In this document: positions 1 to 10,114 of the stretch, piece after piece
Layout of the letters: each line of letters starts with the position of its first letter
How positions within the stretch are numbered: the stretch's first letter is position 1
Assembly (NCBI GenBank): GCA_002104905.1
Contig: MCFE01000425.1
Coordinates: 1 to 64,000, forward strand
Direction of reading: 5' to 3'
Length of the DNA stretch: 64,000 nucleotides
Source of the DNA: Basidiobolus meristosporus CBS 931.73
Lineage: Eukaryota > Fungi > Basidiobolomycota
Made by a program: the position numbers and the translations under genes
The notes under the pieces: model-generated
What the model was told of the DNA's origin: nothing
The model's database searches: none
Seen by the model: only the letters and a program-made list of their open reading frames with translations

Positions 1-919
1 CAAGTATGTTGCCACTATTGCACAAGAACTATTCAAGCTCTTCTGCCTTTTTGGAATCCCTAAGGTCATTCAATTGGATAATGGAACAGAATTTGTGAAT
101 CACGTGATCAAAGCCCTTTGCCAGAATAGCGCCATTGATCACTGTCTGATCACTCCATATCATCCCAAAGCTAATGGACTGGCTGAAAGACATGTTCAGA
201 CCTCAGTGAACATCATCAGGAAATCTATCAAAGGTATCAAGAAGAATTGGGACAAGTATATTCCAACTGTACAGTATGCTATCAACACCAAAATTGCCGC
301 TCTACATGGATCAACACCATTTTCCTTGATGTTTGGAAGAAGATACAACCATTTTGGAGACTACCAGAATACAGAGTTAGCAAGCTTGAATACAGATAAG
401 CTAAAGAACCGGCTTGAGTACCTTACCAACATTGTCTACCCTGCTATCAGTACCAGAAGTAAGGCCTCTCAGCAAAAGATGACTTCAACGTACGCCTCAA
501 GACACAGGAACAGCAGCTTCCCAGATGGGTCATATGTCATTACACTAGATCCAATCCGGCAATCTAAGCTTGGCCCCAAGTATGAAGGACCATTCAAGGT
601 TGTCAGACGCACTACTGGAGGATCTTATGTACTTCAGGATAACACTGGAGCACTGTTACCCAAAAACTTTCCACCTTCTTCACTCAAACTTATTTCTTAA
701 GACCCAGTAACTTTGGAATCCTATGAAGTTGAAGCTATTGTGGACCATTATGGAGAAGGACCAAATTGCCTTTATTTAGTCAAGTGGAAAGGCTATGATG
801 CCAAACACAACACCTGGGAACCTTACACCAACTTTGATGATGTTGCCATTATTGATCAGTATTGGAGCCGCAGAGGAACCCAGAAGGTATCAAAAAACTC
901 CTCTTCCGGAAGGAAGTGA
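1..919 (+). mobile_element. Ty3/gypsy (chromovirus-type) pol C-terminus: integrase core, GPY/F motif and chromodomain; 5' part lies outside the window
   Basis: ORF 74-700 has TPYHPKANGLAER (integrase) and KLGPKYEGPFKVV (GPY/F). In the same frame after a TAA at 698-700 comes YEVEAIVDH...YLVKWKGY...NTWEP (chromodomain). A purine-rich tract GGAAGGAAGTGA lies directly before TGTTG at 920. Confidence 0.95.
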
Positions 920-1616
920 TGTTGTGCATCAACATTTAAAACTTAGCCAATTTTACTCCGTTTGAAAATCTAGTACCCTAACTGATTTTCCCTTACCCAA
1001 ACATAACAAATCCCAGTTACAGTTTATTTTATCCCACCTCAGAATCTATTTTTAGCTATCACACCGGATCTATTTTCAAATGGTCATTATGTTATCAACC
1101 TATCTGCCAAGCCTTCCCAGGTGATTAGTCATCTGAGATCTATCCAACCACTGTGCAGTTGCCAAGACGTCAGTTGATTGATGATGTAATTTTCATTTAT
1201 CTTATGCACCTATGAACACCCAAATTGATTTCAATCAATCCAGTCCCTTGGCGCTTACTAATTCAACTTGATCAGAAGAGTATAAATAGTGTTTACTGAA
1301 CCTTTTGGTTTAGTGTGTGTCTCAATAAAATTAAGATTCTGTCTCAGCAAAAATAAGAATCCAACAATTCAGTTCTAGTTTCTATCCAAGCCTAGTATAT
1401 CTAGCACTCCAAAGAACACCAAGCCTAGCCTGCCTAGCAAACAAATATCATTGTCTTTATAGCCAACCCAGCTATATCCAAGACCAATATTAGATCAGAA
1501 TCTTTCTGCTAATATTTCCGCCACTCTCTGACAATTCTAAGATTCTGCACTTAAATGTCCCTTTGGTTCAGTTAAACCATTCAAGAGTTTTATCACACTT
1601 TCTCTTGGATACAACA
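920..1616 (+). repeat. Probable 3' LTR of the Ty3 element
   Basis: Starts TGTTGT right after the PPT and ends ACAACA at 1616 (6-bp inverted termini). Contains TATAAAT (~1281) and AATAAA (~1324). An alternative end at CAACA 1366 cannot be excluded. Confidence 0.7.
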
Positions 1617-2743
1617 AGGATCTCTCAGATATTGTAGAATGTATTGGAGTAGATTATATATAGCAGAAGTCTTGATGTCTGCTGTCTATGAAGCTGATAG
1701 AGGAAGAAGCAAGGATAAACCAGACAGTGGTTTCAGAGTCCATAAAAAGTTGAGAAGAGCAGTTGGCCTTGCAAACCAAGCTTAAGGTTGGAGATGACTA
1801 TCAGGTGAATAAGGATAATCAGAGCCCTTGTTAAGGAGAATCTCACTTCTGGCATAGTGCCAATCACTACTCTTCAAGTATATTCCAATAAGACAAAAGC
1901 AGCTGTATCAATCTAAATCAGTAGAAGTACCCTCAAAGTAGCTACCATACAACCAACAGTACTCTCTGATACCAAACTGGGTAAATCAAGAAGCAAATGG
2001 ACTTTTAATCTACTGTAAATTAAGTAATAAATCCAAAAATGTTATTGCTAATTAAGACCAACATGACCATTGTAGATCATTTTTGTGGATTTGAATCACT
2101 AAACAGACATGGTTCAAGTGGGAGCAGGTCATCCCAGCTCAGAGTCAAGCAAAAAATATTTTTTTGGCCATGTTGTATGTGCCACAGTGCCAGGATATGA
2201 GGATAATCTGGATCAGACGTAAATGACAAAACCATGTGGCCCAATAAAGGTCATATATTTTACCTCATATAGAGTCTATGTGATGGAAGTAACTGTCCCT
2301 AGCCTAATATGGGCATACAGCAATGTTGTCTAAATGGCTGTTGCTCAGAAATAAGGAAACTCCAGATCTGCTGTAAATGACAAAACCTTAACTTGACCAA
2401 AAGTGAGTCAATCATGCTCAAATAGGAAGCATTGGATAGTTCAGAGGCTATAAATCATTATACAATCTGACAATTAGACTCTGCATGGTATATAAGCCTG
2501 TGTAAGGGACCAAAGATGATGATTAGTATTTTGATCAGATTGCTCTGATTTTTAGGCATACAAATAAGTAGATATGTTTGTTGAATTACAATTTAGCTCT
2601 TCAGTCAAGTTGAATACAAATGCATATACTGTTGGATAGTATATTAGTCCAGTATGCAACATACTTTGATTTTTTTATGGTAATTACAGACTGTACACTC
2701 TCAATATGAATTTATTGCTTATGATTATTTTACTGAGAGGGAG

Positions 2744-3490
2744 TGCTGTAATTATTGAGTTGTCACCTATACATTCATGTTAACTTAGTCACATAGATCT
2801 TATTCTTTGATTAGCATTCTGTCCTGACCAAATTTCTTGTTGGGATTTACTTGGAATATTTTCACCAAATTACCAGGTAGCCAGATCTTAATCTTCCCCA
2901 AAGCTGTCCAAAAGTCCCCAAACTTTGCACACATATTCTTGGGGCCTTTCTTAACACAATATACACATTTGTTTGCTCTACTTTACCAAAAGTACAAATG
3001 CCATACTTTTGATCAAAAAATCTACAAGTGAATAGCAAGTAAATCCTCTAGTTTGCCACATCACTTCCAGTACTCCTCAGAATTTTGCAACAAAACTATC
3101 ACCCTGAGCCACTCCAAGTATATTCAAGATATACTTAAGAAGTACCAAACAGAAGACTGTAAAACAGCAGCTACCTAAATGGAGTCAAACCTCCACTTGG
3201 TTAAAACTCAGCCAAAACAAGAGTGCTTGGTGCCATCTAAAAAACCAAAATTTGCTTATCAATCTATGGTCAGCAGTTTATGTATATCATGCTAGGAGCA
3301 TGTCCAGAAATTGCATATTCAGTGGCAGCTGTCAACCAGCGTACTCAGAACTATGGAACCAATCATATTGCAGCAGTTAGGTAGATTTTTAGATACTTCA
3401 AAGGAACTGTTGCTATTTGAAAAGTACACCTATAAGGATTCAGAACACAACCTTTTGGGATACTCTGGATCTGATTGGGACAAAATTCAG
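2744..3490 (+). mobile_element. Ty1/copia relic: LTR fragment followed by a decayed RT/RNase H junction
   Basis: 2744-3050 resembles the copia LTR at 22279-22610. 3245-3480 translates with frameshifts as FAYQSM-S-LMYIMLGACPEIAYSV...IFRYFKGT...LLGYSGSDWD, the copia RT end and RNase H start. Confidence 0.75.
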
Positions 3491-4063
3491 AAGACATAAG
3501 ATCCACCATGCAAGTAGAGTATATGAAATATCATCTAGTTTAATTTAGGGCTGCCACCTCTCTCAAATTTAGTCATGAATAGTAAGATCTGTGCAACTTT
3601 AGTTCATGACAATAGCAACCAATACATGGAGTTCAACACAAGCACCTCCATCCTCTCATGAGAAACCAGCACCATCACCATGGAATCACAAGTGGCATTC
3701 ATGTAGCTGGCTAAATCACAAGACTCTTTCCATTAAGAGCAATGTCTGTCAAATCACAAATTTGATGGAGCGCAGTCAGGAGAGGTGAGTTAGGAGAAAA
3801 AGGAGCCGATCTACACTAGACCAAGCAGCATCCTATTGCCTGCTAGATCGTCAGTTGATGATTGAACCGTGCTGTCCCAAAAACACAAGAATTCCTGAAT
3901 CATGTTTGCACTGCCCAATGGCAGGTCTGGAACTTGGAAGCACGACAAATCAAAACATAGCATACAACCACTCTCCAGGAGAATGAGTATAAAACCATCT
4001 CCAATGGAGGGCATAGTGACCGTTGGTACAGCGAATCTCCTCTCTTGACTATTCTGCTTTCCG

Positions 4064-6553
4064 ATGAAGAGTGTCTTTTCATGGATAAATGGGCAGGTAT
4101 TTGGAAAAAGCAGCAGCAAGCCGATAGACAATTGTTTGTCGGATGATTGGGTCATATTGCCCAGTAGCACTCTTCTCCGGACCTCACCCAAGTCAGGCCC
4201 GGCCAAGCTCTGGACTGGCAAAGTGCTTTTCTCTCCGCCAAGTCAGCATCGCTTCGGCCGAGATATTATTCGATCCTACATGCCAGCAATAACTGACCGA
4301 GACAGCATGATCAGGAAGCTCCAGCATCGGGATAGCTCGCTAAGACTCCATCGGTGCTCACAAAGTGGCGGCTCTTCCCCGTGGAAGTAATTCTGCCAGT
4401 CCTCACACAATAAAGCAGGTAGTCTGCAATTCTCGGGGACCCCTAACTGACGGTTCCCATCGATGTATAACGCATTCTACGGCCTAGAATCAGCCTGATC
4501 TCAAGCAACTGGATGCAGTCAATCGAGAGTTGCACAGTGCCTGCAGTCACTAATAAACCGAGAACAATTGCTGAACATAAGGGAATTTCGGGAATTCGTG
4601 TTGGTGCATGCACCAAGCTCCATTGTTTCTCAGATCAGCCAAAATATAAGACACCGGCGAGAGGTGGTTAGAATACATTTCCTCAATCCCCCAATCTTAG
4701 AATTCCCCAGAGTAGCTACGCCACTTGAAATGGTTTCCAAACGGATTGCTTTATCACTGAAGAGTGCTAGTCGTGGAATTCTAAGGACCCCGTTGGGTGA
4801 GTTTTCAGTGATCAAATCCCTCGGCGAAGGAAGCTATGGCAAAGTGAAGTTGGTGATGAGTCTGGCCACTGGAGAGAAAGTAGGTGTTCAATGCTAGATG
4901 AGAGCCACATGGTCTTTGCTAACGGGCCTCCAGTACGCCGTAAAGATCATCCAGAGGCAGATCCGTCGTGGCGCGGCGTACGACGTGAAGAGAACAAAGT
5001 CCATGGAGAAGCGTGTGGTACGCGAAGCTAACATGGCTCGTCTGCTCACCCATCCGAACATTGTGGCCTTAAAGAACTTCCGGGTAACCGAAACCCACTA
5101 CTACTTGTTCTACGAGTACGTGGACGGTTGCCAGCTGGCAGAGAAGATTGGCAAACGGGGGATCTCCGAAGAGAAAGTCAAACAGTATTTTCATCAGATA
5201 GTGGCAGCATTGAGTAAGCAAACTACACGCGCATCACATGGGATACTCACTAATCGATATCAGGCTACTGCCACAGCTACAACATCACCCATCGCGACAT
5301 CAAGATTGAGGTAACCCCACTCAGTCATCATATCTGCCCCAGTGGCTTATCACCACTCCACTGTAGAATATCCTTGTTGACAAAAGAGACAATATCAAAC
5401 TGATCGACTTCGGACTAGCCAACTTTTACAATCGAAACGCCGTTCTTAAGACCGCGTGTGGATCACTTCCCTACACTGCGCCCGAGATTTTACGTGGAGA
5501 GCCGTATGTTGGTAGGAGCCTGGTCACCCATTCCCCTGCTCAGGCTGCATCTAATCATTGTTCAGGGCCAGAAGTAGACATCTGGTCTCTTGGTAATTCA
5601 GATACATGCATGTTGCTTTTCATTCCGGAAGGTTAACCCAGGCGCCATAGGTGTGGTTCTCTTTGTGATGGTCTCTGGATATCTACCCTTCGGCGACCCT
5701 TCCAAGCCGAAAAATCTGGAGCGTGTTATGACCGGTAAAGTAAAATACCCGAGTAACATATCCTTTGGTAAGGACAAGAAAGCAGTTCCACCTCAGCGCT
5801 ATGACTGATATGAGTTACCCAGAATGTAAAACCCTGGTTGCCCGTTGCTTGGACCCCAACCGTAAGCGCCGTATCACCATCGCCGATGTATACAAACATA
5901 TATTCCTTAACAGCGTATCGCTTACCTCGATACCATTTCTAAACCCCTTGGAAAAAATCTCTTTACCCCGCGAGATTGATCCACAAGTCCTGATAGAGAT
6001 GAGTGCCTGTCTGTACCAAACGGAGACGCAGATACAGCTCTCTTTAGAAAATGAATACGAGTTGGGCGAAGAAGACAGCACTTTTCCGGAGCGGGTATTG
6101 GTCAAAAGAAGTCCGGTCACTTCTTTGTATGAGCTAATTTCACGAAGTCTGGAGTTGCTAGACTCTGAGGAGAGTGATGACGATGATAGCACTGTGGGGC
6201 TTCAAACCAAGCATATCAACGAGGCCAGCCTCCTCATCTACTTGAATCATTGTGTTGTCACCTTTTCTAACGAGAAGGCTTCTTTACTGCTAACGAAAAT
6301 GATCCAGTTCCTCGATCAGCATCAGTTTGCCTACATAATAGACGCCAAGTCGAAGTTGATTTGTCAGCATTCTCCTTCCTTGACGGAAGCCCACTGGAAT
6401 GTGGTGGAGAAGAAAACCTTCTCCGCCAAGATCAAGATCTCCGAAATCCCCCGGACTAGCAAAACCGCAGTACTGGTCAAAAGACTCTCTGGTGATAAGA
6501 AGCAGTTCCGGTTGTTTCGTGGATTTATAAAAAACGTCCTGAAGCAAATGTAG
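4064..6553 (+). CDS. Ser/Thr protein kinase, CAMKL family (KIN1/KIN2-MARK-like), multi-exon, with a KA1-like C-terminal region
   Basis: Spliced reading gives [38 protein letters not shown] and [15 protein letters not shown], ending at TAG 6551-6553. The catalytic exons (from ~4701) are secure. The 5' exons (4064-4386, 4488-4663) are inferred from phase-compatible GT-AG introns and are less certain. Confidence 0.85.
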
Positions 6554-7865
6554 AAGGTAAATCCCACTGGTGCCTTCGTTTCCATCTTCAGCTGTTCACT
6601 TTTATTTAGTTCCATTGATAATACCTGCAGGTGTGTTGATACCAAAAGTTAGTGAAATTTTGGTTCGGAATTAGCAGTCCCTCTAGATATTGAAATAGAT
6701 TCAGCGAAACCGCCAAACTGGTTAATAAACATCACGAAAATCAGCTCTCCCTGGTGTTGACTACTTGATTGAAAGCAACCCATCCGCCGCCCCTGCATTG
6801 TGGTCTTTCCCTGCCATCCAATTCACAAGGTACATCTTTCGTAGGCACCAAGCTTGGACTTTTTTCCACAGGTGTCTGGAAATGCCGTTTTTATCCCATC
6901 ACTCTACGTGTGCTGAGGTGTGGTCGTCCCATCGTCCTCGCTATTCTCTGTATCAACACCATGGCAACTGTAAGCGGTAGCGCACAGATCCTCGTGATAC
7001 CTGGCTGTTGAAAACCAGAAATACTGGCATTAGCCTGACGCGGTGAGAAATTGGCAGTCAGATGATGCACGACGTGACTACACGTATAGATATTTATATG
7101 CATAAATTGCATGAACACAAACTCCGTGCTGCTTTCCTGCGCCTGAATATCATAGCTTGGTCACAGAATTCCCTTCATGAAATAAGCTACTCATCATCTG
7201 ACAATCACTACAACTTGCAATCCACGTTGAAGGTTAACAATTCATGATGGTCACGTGGATACTATGGTTATTTGCTGTCCTTTTTTTCCAGCCGGGGGGA
7301 TAATTTTATTAGGAGAGGCACGAACATCATCACATTATCAAGCTTGATTTCAGTTGGTCTATAGCGCATCGTTAGCGGTAAAGTAAAACTTTTGGTAACC
7401 CTCTGTAGCTGGGGAGATGATGGAGATCTTTGGTAACCGCAAGATTCACCTTGTCTCCTAATGGGGCACTGAAGTCGTCGAAGCGCGATTGTAGGAAGGT
7501 TTATCGGTTCTCGTCAGCTCTTGGCGAGCTATAGATGTAACCACGCTTTTGAACTTCCTTCGACAAGTGAGAGGTTGAACAAGACGAACTTAGGCGTGAC
7601 TGATCCTCACTTATGCTACCACATGTTCCCTTGGTTTCCCTTTTATTGATCATATTTCTTTATCCTTTAGATGAGGCAGACCGAAGGTTTACAATTGAAA
7701 CGAATAAATGAATTTAGTGTTTATCAGCCCGCTTTTTGCCAGGGTGCCTTCTTATTTATCTACAGAGTGATTGAATAATCTCGGCGAAGGATTACTAGGC
7801 AATTGTTCTCAGCCAATAGAAATAGTAAACGACAGGACTCCAAAATACGCTGCAATGAGTCTAGC

Positions 7866-8600
7866 TTACTCGAACCTCGGTGTCAACAGGTTGTCTTCCG
7901 TGAAGATGGATTTTCTTGACCTGCTCATAACCCGGAAGATTGTACTCACCGCCAATACGAGGCAGATCCCGGGGTCCTTTGACACGGTGAGGCTAGCATT
8001 ATTGTCTTTGACCCAGTTGGCCAACGGCTCAACCTCTGCGACCATAACGGCAACCAGTTAACTCTACAATGGGTCACCACAAACAAAATATGCTACGTGA
8101 AGACACTGTTTTCGTAAAGCGACTCGATCTTGCCGGGTGTAACATATAGTTTGGGGAATGCCAGAGTTGAAGGAGGAAACAACCGATATGATAGGATGTG
8201 AGTCAACATAGCACCCTTGGACAAGGCTCTTGAAGCTGCTCAGTCCAAGAGACTTGAACCAGTTTACCACCGAGTTGAGCATCGAAGAGGAGTGTGTAGG
8301 GTTGTGTAAAGAGCACGAAGTGCAACCCATCCCCCTGTTCAATGTAGGGCAGCTAGGAATCGCGCCCAGGATGATGCAGGGGTGCCAACCGAAGCCACAA
8401 TAGCGGTCAATGCAGTCTGGTTGATCGTGAAATTGATGGCTTCAGAGTTCAGCACATCATACAGTGGAGCGCAGACCAGGCTGCAATTTTTGAAGAAAAT
8501 GGGCCTGTCGCAGGTTGATTTCTATATTGGGGAATCCTCCATAATTGAGGTTAACGCAACGGGTAAACCAGATGGGACGTTTGGACCCGGCATATTTAAA
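7866..8600 (-). pseudogene. Long-chain fatty acyl-CoA synthetase (ACSL/FAA-like) pseudogene with stops, frameshifts and a large internal deletion
   Basis: Minus-strand fragments: CSLVCAPLYDVLNSEAINFTINQTAL (N-terminal PLYDTLG region), FKSLVQG / YVTPGKIESLY, VAYFVCGDPL*S*LVAVMVAEVEPLANW, LPGYEQVKKIHL and FTEDNLLTPRF. The AMP-binding core is absent. Confidence 0.75.
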
Positions 8601-8879
8601 CAAGAAGCAGACCAATCTGCACAAACAATGGAAGATGGACAAGCCTCATGCATCGAACCCTAAGCTCGCCCCACATGATCGAAAACCGAAGATCTGGAGG
8701 TCTGGGGTCAACCAAGATCCGCACCAGCGAGTCCCCCTTTTTCGGGGATCTCTCGCCCATGCAAAAATTGGGTTGCCCCAAAGTTCCGTGATTCTTACTG
8801 ACGCCCAACGGATAACAATTTTGTTTGTCTGGCCTGTATCTCGCCTTAACTCCCGCTTGTTCTATCGACTTTCCATATC

Positions 8880-9463
8880 ATGTCTGCCCGCGCCGCCGTT
8901 ACCCACATTGACTGGAGCAAGCTCGCTAGCTTGGGTCTCAAGAAGGACACCCAAGCTGCCCTTACTTCTTTCCGCAAGCGTTACGACGAACTCAAGCGTA
9001 ATGTTGATGCTTTGAAGGAGCAGAAGACCGATATTGATTTTGCCCATTACCGCTCTGTCCTTAAGAACAAGAGCGTTGTTGAGCAAGCTGAGAAGGCTTT
9101 CACTGGCTTCTCCCCAGTCAAGTACAACTTGGCTGCCCAACTTAAGGTTATCGACGCTTTCGAAGTCAAGGCTGTGCGTATCTTCATGACTTTCCCAGGT
9201 TTACTAGTTGCAAACTCTAACAGCCCTTGTTTTCACAGGTCGAGAAAGCCAAGAGCACTGCTGCCCAACTCGATGCCGAGGTTGCTGATCTGAAGGAAAC
9301 CCTTTCCAACATCGAAACCGCCAGACCTATTGAGGACCTTACTGTTGATGATGTTATCAAGGCTAAGCCAGAAATCCCTGCCGTTGTCGAGGACATGATC
9401 AAGAAGGGCAACTGGACCGTTCCTGGCTACAACGAGAAGTTCGGAAACCTGTCTGTCTTGTAA
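8880..9463 (+). CDS. ATP7: Mitochondrial ATP synthase subunit d
   Basis: MSARAAVTHIDWSKL...IDFAHYRSVLKNK...ARPIEDLTVDDV...KGNWTVPGYNEKFGNLSVL. One intron at 9174-9238 (GTGCGT...CTAAC...CAG) gives ~172 aa. Confidence 0.95.
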
Positions 9464-10114
9464 ACAGCCACAGGGTTTCTTTGTTCCTGGATTCTTCTCT
9501 CGCTCAGCATTTTGGCATAACAAACCACACCTTCACTTTCGACTTCTTTGCAAGTTCGAAATCCATTTCTACAATGTTTAACCAAGATAACGTAATAAAC
9601 TATCAACAACATTTGTCCGTTTATTGTAAGGGAATCCCCATGTTCCAGGTAGACAAAGGTTGGTTTGAGCACAGATACGTGTTGCGTATATTGGGAATGC
9701 TGCCAACACTCCCCAAGGGGCTTTCGAGACTGCTCTGCCCTGTATTTCCATCCAAGAATGGGCCGACACCCAGCCACTTGACAACAGCCCCTCCGTAGGA
9801 GCTAAATGAGAAAAGTGCCGACAGTTGATCTTTATCAGCCAATGCAGATCTCAACGGGAGACGTCCCCTGAGGTATCGGCCGATGTCGGGGCCCTCTCCA
9901 GCTCGAGTGTAAGGGGAAAGCCCCGGATGAATGTGCTTGGTAGCTCCTCGGTAAGAAAGAAACCCAAGGCAAACTGAATAGGATCGTTTATTTGGGAAAA
10001 TACGTAGGGAATGAATCACATATGTTACAAAAACCCTTTCAACTTCTGGCAACAGTGTCAAGAAGCATCTGGGCTATACTCGAGCTCTGGGCCTTGACTT
10101 GGTCGAAATGGTGC

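Noticed and set aside
1617-2740. CpG-poor segment with faint retroelement-like words
   Set aside because: Too decayed to assign to a family by eye.
3811-4221. 136-aa minus-strand ORF upstream of the kinase
   Set aside because: No recognisable motif, and it overlaps the more plausible plus-strand first exon of the kinase.
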